A DNA stretch of 32,000 nucleotides from Candidatus Acidiferrum sp. GTDB lineage: Bacteria; Acidobacteriota; Terriglobia; Acidiferrales; UBA7541. Below, piece after piece: positions 1 through 8,356 of the stretch. Position 1 is the first letter of the stretch. The number at the start of each line of letters is the position of its first letter. The notes beneath the pieces are model-generated. The model made no database searches, had not been told where the DNA came from, and worked only from the letters and a program-made list of their open reading frames with translations. The translations under genes and the position numbers were made by a program. The stretch lies in assembly GCA_049522075.1 (NCBI GenBank), contig JBEKOE010000014.1:4284-36283 (forward strand), read 5' to 3'.

Positions 1-2
1 CC

Positions 3-1577
3 GGGCACACCACCATCTCCATCTGGCCGAAGGCGGCGCCTGGGATTCAACCGAATCCGGGCCCAGAGATCGACACCACGACTGCCAAAGACAATCTGAT
101 CGCCGGCAAGCCGCTCATTCGTCTCGGCAACGTTTCTGCACCAACTCTCACCCTCTACACACCGACGGGCAACAACACCGGCGCGGCCGTTGTGGTGTTT
201 CCTGGAGGCGGCTACCGCATCCTGGCCATCGACCTGGAAGGTACCGAAGTGTGCGAGTGGCTTAACTCCGCCGGTATCACGTGCGTGCTGCTCAAGTACC
301 GCGTGCCGGATTCGGGCCCCTATCCAAAATCCAGTGCGGCGCTCCAGGATGCTCAGCGCGCGCTGGGTATTGTTCGCTTGCACGCCACGGAGTGGCATAT
401 CGACCCGCACCGTATTGGCGTGCTGGGCTTTTCCGCAGGAGCCCACCTCGCTGCGGCGCTGAGTACGCACCTCGAGCAGCGCCTCTATGATCCGGTGGAT
501 GCCGCTGACCAGGTGAGTTGCCGGCCGGACTTCGCCGTGATCGTCTATCCGGGCTACCTGGCACTTGAAGAGCAGAACTTCGCGCCCAATGCGGACATCC
601 ACGTCAGCGATAAGACGCCACCCTCGTTCATCGTGCAAGCCGAGGATGATCCGGTGCACGTGGAGAACGCGACCGTCTACTTCCAGGCGCTCAAGAACGC
701 CAAGGTTCCGGCGGAACTGCACATCTACGCGGAAGGTGGACACGACTATGGCCTGCGCCGCACGGCACTGCCAGTCACCGCCTGGCCCAAGTTGGTGGAA
801 GCCTGGCTCGGCACAGTTCAAATGCTGCCGACATCCTCGGACGTCGAGATGCGACTGCCTGCGGATGTCGCGGCGGCTCTGGACCGGCTGACACCCTACC
901 AAAAGTCCCAGTTGGAACGCGTCTACAACGACTGGGCCTTCCTGGCGAAATACCGTGACGCCGATAAGGAGTTGCCGCCGTCGGCGGCAGGGGAAGTGCG
1001 CGTGGTGTTCATGGGAGATTCCATCACGGAAGGCTGGGGGCAGAGCGGTGCGGCAACCTCGCCGGACCGCGCCGCGTTTTTTCCGGGCAAGCCGTATGTC
1101 AACCGCGGCATCTCCGGGCAGACTACACCGCAGATGCTGGTGCGTTTTCGCCATGATGTGATCGAACTGAAACCGAAAGCGGTCGTCGTGCTTGCGGGAA
1201 CAAATGATATCGCCGAGAACACGGGGAAGATGACTCTGGAGGAGATAGAGGGCAACCTTGCCTCCATGAGCGAACTGGCGCGAGCGAATGGGATTCGAGT
1301 TGTATTGTGTTCGGTATTGCCGGCCAGCGAATTTCATTGGCACAAGGGGCTTGAGCCCGCCCCCAAGATCAAGGCGCTAAATGCGTGGATCAAAGAGTAC
1401 GCGGCGAAAAATGGTTTCGTCTATGTGGATTACTATTCACGCATGGCCAACAGCGAAGGGGGTCTTGGGCCGGAGTTGAGTCCGGATGGCGTCCACCCAA
1501 ACAAAGCGGGATACGAAATCATGGCGCCACTGGCCGAGGCGGGAATCGTGGAAGCATTGAAGAAGCCGGTTCGGTGA
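3..1577 (+). CDS. Two-domain esterase: alpha/beta-hydrolase (esterase/lipase type) fused to a C-terminal SGNH/GDSL hydrolase; 5' end cut by window edge
   Basis: Frame 3 is open from base 3 (...NTGAAVVVFPGGGY lies upstream of and across the first listed start at 192). N-half: PGGGY oxyanion-type motif, nucleophile elbow GFSAGAHLA, EDDPV and GGHDYG (Asp/His region). C-half: SGNH blocks FMGDSITEGWG, GISGQTT, VLAGTNDI, DGVHPNKAGY. Stop at 1575-1577. Confidence 0.85.
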   Translation, partial: GHTTISIWPKAAPGIQPNPGPEIDTTTAKDNLIAGKPLIRLGNVSAPTLTLYTPTGNNTGAAVVVFPGGGYRILAIDLEGTEVCEWLNSAGITCVLLKYRVPDSGPYPKSSAALQDAQRALGIVRLHATEWHIDPHRIGVLGFSAGAHLAAALSTHLEQRLYDPVDAADQVSCRPDFAVIVYPGYLALEEQNFAPNADIHVSDKTPPSFIVQAEDDPVHVENATVYFQALKNAKVPAELHIYAEGGHDYGLRRTALPVTAWPKLVEAWLGTVQMLPTSSDVEMRLPADVAAALDRLTPYQKSQLERVYNDWAFLAKYRDADKELPPSAAGEVRVVFMGDSITEGWGQSGAATSPDRAAFFPGKPYVNRGISGQTTPQMLVRFRHDVIELKPKAVVVLAGTNDIAENTGKMTLEEIEGNLASMSELARANGIRVVLCSVLPASEFHWHKGLEPAPKIKALNAWIKEYAAKNGFVYVDYYSRMANSEGGLGPELSPDGVHPNKAGYEIMAPLAEAGIVEALKKPVR

Positions 1578-1597
1578 GGCCGCCCTCGCGTCCTCTA

Positions 1598-2467
1598 TCA
1601 TCGATTATCAACAGCGTGCACCGCATCACGCTCAACCTGCTTTACAATGGCTGGCGTCAGATCGGCTAGATTCGGGGAAAGTCGTACAGATAACAGCAGC
1701 AGATCAGGCGTTTCTCCCATAAGGATCGCCACTCCCCTAATGGGGCTAGCATCTTTCTTCAACCTTGAGTTTGTTCCCAACCCGTCTGTATTGGCTGGAG
1801 TTTGGTATTCGACGATCTCCTTACTTCGATAAGTCAGTTTGTCTTTTGGGTACGGACCAAACGGAAACGAGCTTGCTGGTTCAGTTCCTTCTTCAATCAC
1901 CTTCTCAACGAAAGCTTTGTGGGCCGGAAAAACACGCGCAATCGTGCGGGCAACGCCAAATCTCCCCGACGTCTCTCCACTTTCCCCCGCAATTTCAATC
2001 ACCGGCCCTGCAAAACCGCTCCAGGTGGTCGAGAACAAATTGTCGGTGCTGATCTGTTGCGAGCTTAGATATAAAGCGTACCCATTTGACCCATACACAC
2101 CAAAACAGTACCAGCCGCGCGGAGCAAGAACGCCGAATCCCTGTTCTGCCCTGTAATAAGCAAGCCGGTGAGCCGCTTCGGCGGCTATCGGCAACACTCT
2201 GCTCTTGCCATTTGGTGCGTCCACCGGCCCGCCCTGACCATCAGCTCTGCATCCTACGAATGGAACGTGAGCACCTGGTTTTTGGGGTGATGCTGCCGCA
2301 ACTATCGACTGTGCCGATGACGAAAACTGCGCGCACGCCGCGAGTGCCAGGAGGATCACGCTGCCGAGGCCGAGCAGAGAAAACAGAAAACTACCTGAGA
2401 TACGGTCGAAGGCACCAGCCACATAGCACGTCCAGCCCTGGATTTGGTTGCTCGGAGCAGTTTTCAT
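1598..2467 (-). CDS. Hypothetical protein with N-terminal membrane anchor or signal sequence (~289 aa)
   Basis: ORF 1598..2878 (-). The first 137 codons are Pro/Ala/Arg-rich, overlap the transketolase 3' end and look non-coding. I therefore start at the internal ATG 2465-2467 (MKTAPSNQ...), which is followed by the hydrophobic stretch SFLFSLLGLGSVILLALAACA. No family recognised by eye. Confidence 0.55.
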   Translation of the reverse strand: MKTAPSNQIQGWTCYVAGAFDRISGSFLFSLLGLGSVILLALAACAQFSSSAQSIVAAASPQKPGAHVPFVGCRADGQGGPVDAPNGKSRVLPIAAEAAHRLAYYRAEQGFGVLAPRGWYCFGVYGSNGYALYLSSQQISTDNLFSTTWSGFAGPVIEIAGESGETSGRFGVARTIARVFPAHKAFVEKVIEEGTEPASSFPFGPYPKDKLTYRSKEIVEYQTPANTDGLGTNSRLKKDASPIRGVAILMGETPDLLLLSVRLSPNLADLTPAIVKQVERDAVHAVDNR

Positions 2468-2654
2468 GGATTGTTGTCGGATTGTACCAGAAACGCCAAA
2501 TCCAAAGCAGGCGAAGATCCAGAAAGCCAAGTCCCGATAAACGCCACAGCTGGAGAAGTGTATTTCAGAGGTTCCGCGATGAAGGCAAAGGCGTTCGCAT
2601 AGGGGAGTAGGTCGTGTTGGGAAGTGACCGCATCCGCGCGCGCGGGGGCGTGTG

Positions 2655-4913
2655 TCAGCGGAGCACGGGATTGGCGCGGCAGGCGGGGCAGATGAAGGGG
2701 GAGTTGTGGCTAACCTTGGCCCACTCGATGCGGCAAACGGCGCAAACCTCCAGGGATTGGTATTCGCAGTCGGCGCAGAGTTCGTCGGAAGGCAAGGGCG
2801 ACTCCTTGGCATATTCAGCGGGTGAGATTTTGGCGCCGCAGCGGGCACAGTGAACTGCTGAGGCCGCGGTGGAGGCAATTGGGGCGGAGGGAGCGAACGA
2901 TGCTGTCAGTTTCCTGGCGAGAAGATCGAGGACACGCTTGGCGAGATGTTCCGCAGTGAGGCCAAAGTGCTGGACGAGTTCCCAGGGATTCCCGGAAATG
3001 CCGAAACGATCGGCAACACCGACCATGGCGAGTTGCAGCGGAAGGCGAAAATCTTGGCGTTGCTGAAGAATGGCTCCGGCCACGATATTACCGAAGCCGC
3101 CGACCTGATGTTCTTCCGCGGTGACCACGACGCGGGTTTCTTCCGCGGCGCGCACCAGGGTGGGAATATCCAGCGGCTTGACGGTGTGAACATTCACGAC
3201 ACGCGTTTCGATGGCGTACTCCTCCTTCAGAAGCCAGGCGGCGCGCATCGCTTCGGGAACCATGGGGCCGCAAGCAATGATGGCTACGTTCTCGTGCTCG
3301 TTCTTGTAGGCAGGACCCGAGAAAGTCTCAAAGGCATCGATAAATTTAGGCTGTACGCCGCGGTAGCGAATGACGTTAGCGACGCCGAATTCATACGGCG
3401 TATCGGGTTTGGTGACGATGGGCGTGGCTTCGCGGGCGAAGCGCAGGTAGCAGGGACCATGCAGCTTGAGAAGTGAATACTCGGTGGCCTTTTGCGTCTC
3501 GACGGAATCACACGGCACGACCACGTGCATGTTCGGCAGAATGCTGGTGAGAGTAATCTCTTCGAGAGCCTGGTGCGTGGCGCCATCCGGACCGACGGAA
3601 ATGCCGCCGTGGGCGCCGGCGATTTTCACGTTGAGATTGGAGTAGCAAATGGTGGTGCGGATCTGGTCCCAGGCGCGGCCGGAAGCGAAGACGCCATAGG
3701 TGCCGGTGACGGGGATGAAGCCTTCGCGGGCCAGGCCGGCGGCGACGCTCATCATGTTTTGCTCGGCGATGCCGACGCTGAAGACGCGGTTGTAGCGTTC
3801 CGGATGCTTACTCTCAAAATCGGTGATGCGGATGGAGCCGGAAATGTCTGCGTGCAGTGTGACCACGCGGGGATCTTCTCCAGCGCGTTCCAGGCCGCGG
3901 CCAAAGCCCATGCGCGTGGGGTCCATATCGACTTTCATCGAGTCGCGGGCGTTCCACCAATATTCGAGCACGAACTTGGGGATGCCATCTTTTGCTTTGT
4001 GCGCGACGTCGGCGGCGTTTGCGGCAGCGCGCTTCAGCAGGGCATCCACGCGGGCGCGCGGAAAATCGGGAGTGAGCAGCTCGGGCAGGGCCTTTTCAAA
4101 TTGTTCTTTCTTCGGCGGCGTGCCGTGCCAACTCGCCTCATTTTCCATGAAGGAAACGCCCTTGCCCTTGATGGTGCGGGCGAGGATTACGGTGGGCCGG
4201 CCGGTGGTTTGGCCGGCACGCGAGAAGGCGTCTAGGATTTGCGCGAAGTCGTGGCCATCAATGGAAATGACGTTCCAACCGAAGGCCGCATATTTTTCCG
4301 CGAGCGGCTCAACGTTCATCACGTCTTTGACCCAACCATCGATCTGCAGACGGTTCACATCAATGATGGCGCAGAGGTTGTCGAGCTTGTGGTGCGCCGC
4401 GGACATCGCGGCTTCCCAGACGCTGCCTTCCTGCTGTTCGCCGTCGCCCATGATGACGTAAACGCGGTGAGCTTCGCCGCGGAGCTTTGCGGCAAGGGCA
4501 CTGCCCACAGCGGCGCCGAGACCTTGACCAAGCGAGCCGCTGGAAATTTCCACGCCGGGAACTTTCAACCAATTGGGATGACCTTCAAAGCCTGAGCCGA
4601 GTTGGCGCAAGAGCACCACATCGTCGAGCGGGAAATAACCGGCTTTGCCGAGCGCGACGTAGAGCGCGGGTGCTTTGTGGCCGGCGGACCAGAACACACG
4701 ATCGCGCTCGGGCCAGGCGGGATTCGCGGGATCGTGATTGAGCACGTACAAATAGAGAGCGGCGGCGATGTCCATTACGGAAAGCGTGCCGCCGGGATGG
4801 CCGGAGCCAGCGGCGAAGATACTGACGATGTCCATGGCGCGCATTTCAGCGGCGGCGGCCTGCAATTCAGGGAGGGTCAACTGCGGGCCACGGCGGTTCG
4901 TGGTGGGATTCAT
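2655..4913 (-). CDS. Transketolase with N- and C-terminal halves fused in one polypeptide, plus a 64-aa C-terminal 4xCxxC tail
   Basis: ORF 2655..5003 (-). The internal ATG at 4911-4913 is preceded by GGAG (aaaGGAGttcctcacATG). Motifs: GSGHPGGTLS and the TPP-binding GDGEQQEGSVWEA in the N-half; a pyrimidine-binding/C-terminal domain (GIAEQNMMSVAAGLA, VVTAEEHQVGGFG) in the C-half; then the tail CARC...CADC...CAVC...CPAC. Confidence 0.9.
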   Translation of the reverse strand: MNPTTNRRGPQLTLPELQAAAAEMRAMDIVSIFAAGSGHPGGTLSVMDIAAALYLYVLNHDPANPAWPERDRVFWSAGHKAPALYVALGKAGYFPLDDVVLLRQLGSGFEGHPNWLKVPGVEISSGSLGQGLGAAVGSALAAKLRGEAHRVYVIMGDGEQQEGSVWEAAMSAAHHKLDNLCAIIDVNRLQIDGWVKDVMNVEPLAEKYAAFGWNVISIDGHDFAQILDAFSRAGQTTGRPTVILARTIKGKGVSFMENEASWHGTPPKKEQFEKALPELLTPDFPRARVDALLKRAAANAADVAHKAKDGIPKFVLEYWWNARDSMKVDMDPTRMGFGRGLERAGEDPRVVTLHADISGSIRITDFESKHPERYNRVFSVGIAEQNMMSVAAGLAREGFIPVTGTYGVFASGRAWDQIRTTICYSNLNVKIAGAHGGISVGPDGATHQALEEITLTSILPNMHVVVPCDSVETQKATEYSLLKLHGPCYLRFAREATPIVTKPDTPYEFGVANVIRYRGVQPKFIDAFETFSGPAYKNEHENVAIIACGPMVPEAMRAAWLLKEEYAIETRVVNVHTVKPLDIPTLVRAAEETRVVVTAEEHQVGGFGNIVAGAILQQRQDFRLPLQLAMVGVADRFGISGNPWELVQHFGLTAEHLAKRVLDLLARKLTASFAPSAPIASTAASAVHCARCGAKISPAEYAKESPLPSDELCADCEYQSLEVCAVCRIEWAKVSHNSPFICPACRANPVLR

Positions 4914-5221
4914 GTGAGGAACTCCTTTGGCCAACACTGAGCGAGAAGACTCAGCGGTTGTGGGGATTCGCCCGGTCCGGCGAGGGGGGTAAGCCCAAGC
5001 CATAGGAACGGGCCAAGCAGCACCGCTGGCATAATCCGCGTAACACTAGGCAAGTCAATACGTTAAGCGGATAAGCGGTAGCAGATCTGCGGGGCCAACC
5101 CTTCCCACGAATCGGGAATCGGCAAGCCACTGAAGGGGGAGGAGCAAGAGGACGGCCAGAGCGATGGAGATTGCAGAACGAGGATGGCACTGGGTTAGCA
5201 GCGGGCGCGGTCAGCGGAGAG

Positions 5222-5641
5222 TTACTTTTTGGAGAGAGAACGGATGTAGTTGACCACGTCCCACATCTGGCCGGGTTTCATGCGCCCCGCTTCGCCTGTC
5301 ATTTGGCCTTTGCCATCGGCGATGATGGAATAGATTTCTCCGTCGGGCAGAGCTTTCAGGGACGCCGGGTCACGGTAATCACGAAGCGTCAGATTCATGG
5401 TTACGGCTAGCTCGCCGCCGCCGGCACCCTCTTTGCCGTGGCACATAGCACAATCTGAAGTGTAGGCCTTTTTCCCAATGGCCAAAGAGCGGGGCGTGGG
5501 CTTGACGGGATTCACTCGCTTCGCTGCCGCGGGAGTAGTCTGTGAGCCGGGAGCAGGCTTGTCGTCGGGCGGCTTGCTGAGATCCTGGGGAAAAGCGCAC
5601 AGGGGCAGCAGTAGAAAAAGAAAAGACGGAAATAATTTCAT
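5222..5641 (-). CDS. Secreted class I c-type cytochrome
   Basis: N-terminal signal peptide MKLFPSFLFLLLPLCAFPQ, a single heme-binding CAMCHG motif, and downstream Met candidates (GQMTGEAGRM) for the axial ligand. 139 aa. Confidence 0.85.
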   Translation of the reverse strand: MKLFPSFLFLLLPLCAFPQDLSKPPDDKPAPGSQTTPAAAKRVNPVKPTPRSLAIGKKAYTSDCAMCHGKEGAGGGELAVTMNLTLRDYRDPASLKALPDGEIYSIIADGKGQMTGEAGRMKPGQMWDVVNYIRSLSKK

Positions 5642-5899
5642 GGCCAGATCTCCCTAATCGACAGGTCGCGTCAACGGTGCATCGGGCCTGATGAAACCAA
5701 GTATAGTCCTCCGGGCGGGCGCAAACTGTCCATAATTGAACAGCCGGCGGGAACCGCTCACTTCAGGCGCTGAAACAGTTGACGCGACACGCGTAGTGGG
5801 GAGTTGAAAAGCCTAGTGTGCATGTTTCATGGAACCACATCTCCCAATCCTTTTTTGTTACAGTTTGTTTTCGTGCGATTCATTGATCGGGGGCAGGGC

Positions 5900-7924
5900 A
5901 TGAGGAAGATTGTCACTTTATTGGCGGCAGGCGTTTTGAGTGCGGGCGTTTTGCTGGCGGCGAAATCGCACACGCCGAAGATCGATGCGCAGAGGATTCG
6001 ACAGCACGTGAAGTATTTGTCGAGCGATGCGCTGGAAGGGCGCGGCACAGGGCAGAAGGGGGGCGACGCTGCCGCGGACTACATCGCGGCGCAATTCAAG
6101 AGATATGGGTTGAAGCCCGCCGGGGAGAACGGCACATACTTCCAGAATGTGCCCCTGGTGGGAGTGAAAACTTTGCCGGAGACGAGCTTTGCTCTGGTGC
6201 CGTCGAGCGGGGAGCCGCTGGTGCTGCGGAACCTGGACGATTTTGTAACCAGCAACGAGACGCAGACGGCGAGCGCGGAGATTGATGCGCCGATTGTTTT
6301 TGTGGGCTACGGCATCACGGCGCCGGAAGAAAAATGGGACGACTACAAGGGCTACGACCTGAAGGGAAAAGTGGCGCTGCTGTTTGTGAACGAGCCCATT
6401 TCCGATGATCCCAAATTTTTCAAGGGGAAGGCACTGACGTACAACGGGCGCTGGACCTATAAATATGAGGAAACGGCGCGGCGGGGCGCTGTGGCTACGC
6501 TCATCATCCATCGCACGGATTTGGCGAGTTACGGCTGGGAGGTGGTGCGCAACTCCTGGGGCGGGGAGCGGTCCTACTTGAAGCTGGCTGGCACGCCCAA
6601 GCTCGAGGCGGCTTCGTGGATCCAGGAGGAAGTGGCGCGAAAGCTCGTGGGGATGGCGGGACTCGACCTGGACAAACTGTTTCAGCAAGCGCAATCGCGG
6701 GAGTTCAATCCGATCGAGTTGCCGGTGCGCTTGAAGGCGCATGTGGTGAGCGCGCTACGGCCGTTCAGCTCGCGGAATGTGCTGGGGATGGTCGCGGGCT
6801 CGGAGTACAACTACAACAGGGCAGGCGAGGCGGTTCTTTACACGGCGCACTACGACCACTTTGGCATTGATAAGACGAAGAGCGGCGACAACATTTATCA
6901 CGGAGCGATTGATAACGGCACTGGCTGCGGGATTTTGCTGGAAATTGCGCGCGCGTGGGGTGCCACGAAGCCTGTGCCAGTTCGCTCCATTCTTTTCGCC
7001 GCCCTTACGGCCGAAGAGCAGGGATTGTTGGGTTCCGAGTTTCTCGGCAAACACTCCTTGGAATTACCGGTCGATCCGATCTTGGATTTGAATTACGACG
7101 CGCTTGCTCCCATTGGGATTCCTGAAGAAGTTGAGGTGAGCGGCGCAGAACGCACGACGTATTATCCGGCCGTCGAGAATATCGCTGGGGAATTTGGGCT
7201 GACCATTCGGCCCGATGCGCATCCCGAGGCGGGGCATTATTACCGCTCCGATCATTTCAGCTTGTCCCGCGTCGGTATTCCGTCGTTTTCCATTGGGCAG
7301 GGGAGGAAGTTCAAGGACCACGATTTGGCGTGGGGCGAAGCGCAGGCCAAGGATTATGTGGACAACCATTACCACAAGTCTGCGGATGCGTTTCGCGAGG
7401 ACTGGAATTTTGCGGGGCTGGCGAAGATGGCGAGTTTTGGATACGCGCTCGGGCAGGCTGCGGCGCAAGGCGGCGATATTCGGTGGCTGCATGATGATGA
7501 ATTCGAGGAAGCGTGGTACAGAGCGCATTCCGGCGGCCTTGACACTGACGCGCTCTTTGCGGGCCATCCCGAATTTAAACCCGTTCATTTTGAGGGTATC
7601 CGCTATCCGCTGCTCGCGCGGCAAACCGGGATTGGCGGCACGGTTGTGGCGCGCGTGTCCGTGGGCGGCGATGGAAAGATCTCGGAAGTGAAGATCGAGA
7701 AGGGGCACCCTCTGTTGGTGGGGGCCATAGAAGATGTGGTCAAGAAGTGGATATTTGTGACTGGAGCAGAACGCACCTTCGAGCTCACGTGCGATTTTGT
7801 GGTCGCAGATGAGCCGCTCACGACGCGCCGGAGGTATTCCTTCGTTGTGGAACCGTTCCACTTGCGCGTTGTCGTGGAACTTCCCTTAGCGCAGCCTTCG
7901 TCTACTTCGTCCAAGTCGCACTAA
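5900..7924 (+). CDS. M28-family zinc aminopeptidase with PA (protease-associated) insert and a C-terminal TonB-C-like domain
   Basis: ORF 5804..7924. I start at ATG 5900 (MRKIVTLLAAGVLSAGVLLAAKS, a signal peptide). M28 metal-ligand blocks: HYDHFG, DNGTGCGILLEIAR, AEEQGLLGS, HYYRSDHFS. The C-terminal ~119 aa contain IRYPLLARQTGIGGTVVARVSVGGDGKISEVKIEKGHPLLVGAIEDVVKKWIF, a TonB C-terminal-like signature. Confidence 0.85.
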   Translation: MRKIVTLLAAGVLSAGVLLAAKSHTPKIDAQRIRQHVKYLSSDALEGRGTGQKGGDAAADYIAAQFKRYGLKPAGENGTYFQNVPLVGVKTLPETSFALVPSSGEPLVLRNLDDFVTSNETQTASAEIDAPIVFVGYGITAPEEKWDDYKGYDLKGKVALLFVNEPISDDPKFFKGKALTYNGRWTYKYEETARRGAVATLIIHRTDLASYGWEVVRNSWGGERSYLKLAGTPKLEAASWIQEEVARKLVGMAGLDLDKLFQQAQSREFNPIELPVRLKAHVVSALRPFSSRNVLGMVAGSEYNYNRAGEAVLYTAHYDHFGIDKTKSGDNIYHGAIDNGTGCGILLEIARAWGATKPVPVRSILFAALTAEEQGLLGSEFLGKHSLELPVDPILDLNYDALAPIGIPEEVEVSGAERTTYYPAVENIAGEFGLTIRPDAHPEAGHYYRSDHFSLSRVGIPSFSIGQGRKFKDHDLAWGEAQAKDYVDNHYHKSADAFREDWNFAGLAKMASFGYALGQAAAQGGDIRWLHDDEFEEAWYRAHSGGLDTDALFAGHPEFKPVHFEGIRYPLLARQTGIGGTVVARVSVGGDGKISEVKIEKGHPLLVGAIEDVVKKWIFVTGAERTFELTCDFVVADEPLTTRRRYSFVVEPFHLRVVVELPLAQPSSTSSKSH

Positions 7925-7974
7925 GACGATTCACACAAATCAGGGCAACGCAGAGAATTGCGAGGCCGCAGGGT

Positions 7975-8298
7975 GCGAAGAGTCGCCTTTAGCTACAGGG
8001 GCAGGACCGAGGACCGCTGGGGAAAGCAGATTCCTCGCTGCGCTCGGAATGACAAGGGTGTTTTGGCGTTGGCGAGATGGGGTCGAGCGGTGCTCGACTC
8101 CTGCACGGATGGAGAAGACAAAACAAACCCAAGAGCACAGTCAAGAGTGACTGTGCCACTACAGGAACAAGCCGAAGGGCGGCCCGCCTCAGGAGGACGC
8201 GTCCCACGATGAGCAACCCAAGAACCGACCTGAAGGTCGGCCACTACACAAGCAAGAGAGACCCAAGAAAAAGCCTCAGGCCTGAAGGCCTGAGCTAC
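7975..8298 (-). repeat. Cluster of REP-like units: short GC-rich hairpin adjacent to a GTAG tetranucleotide (read on the minus strand), 3 clear + 1 weak copy, same orientation
   Basis: Plus-strand units: cacagtca-agag-tgactgtg+ccaCTACagg (8136-8165); ccgacc-tgaa-ggtcgg+ccaCTACaca (8225-8250); ctcaggcc-tgaa-ggcctgag+CTACag (8275-8300). A weaker unit is gcga-agag-tcgc...agCTACagg (7975-7999). There is also an unrelated hairpin gtcgagc-ggt-gctcgac (8082-8098) and a palindrome ggacgcgtcc. No U-tracts follow the hairpins. Confidence 0.5.
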
Positions 8299-8312
8299 AG
8301 GGCGAGGGGTTC

Positions 8313-8354
8313 CTGATCGCTGGTCGCTGATATCTGATCGCTGATAACTGATAT
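8313..8354. repeat. Six tandem heptamers CTGRTNN (ctgatcg ctggtcg ctgatat ctgatcg ctgataa ctgatat)
   Basis: Read directly from the sequence. Period 7, immediately 3' of the GNAT gene stop codon (8357-8359, minus strand). Confidence 0.85.
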
Positions 8355-8356
8355 CT

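Noticed and set aside
2634-2645. Alternating CG palindrome ccgcgcgcgcgg just 3' of the transketolase stop, considered as a terminator
   Set aside because: It is a self-complementary 12-mer with no loop and no following U-tract on the minus strand, so there is no support for an intrinsic terminator.
3492-4461. Plus-strand ORFs 3492..4235 (247 aa) and 3823..4461 (212 aa) inside the transketolase gene
   Set aside because: They are antisense to a full-length transketolase with TPP-binding motifs. Composition is G/A/D-rich or S/R-rich and they overlap each other in different frames.
4914-5003. Upstream extension of the transketolase ORF (MAWAYPPRRTGRIPTTAESSRSVLAKGVPH)
   Set aside because: There is no RBS at 5003, whereas the internal ATG 4913 has GGAG at ideal spacing. 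In addition, transketolase N-subunit homology starts shortly after that Met.
5918-7861. Minus-strand ORFs 5918..6742 (274 aa) and 7064..7861 (265 aa) inside the M28 peptidase gene
   Set aside because: They are Arg/Pro/His-rich, carry no motifs and are antisense to a gene with all M28 metal-binding blocks.
8082-8298. GC-rich hairpins downstream of the M28 and GNAT genes as Rho-independent terminators
   Set aside because: None is followed by a U-tract on either strand. The repeated GTAG+hairpin grammar fits REP-like elements better, although they may still stabilise or terminate transcripts.
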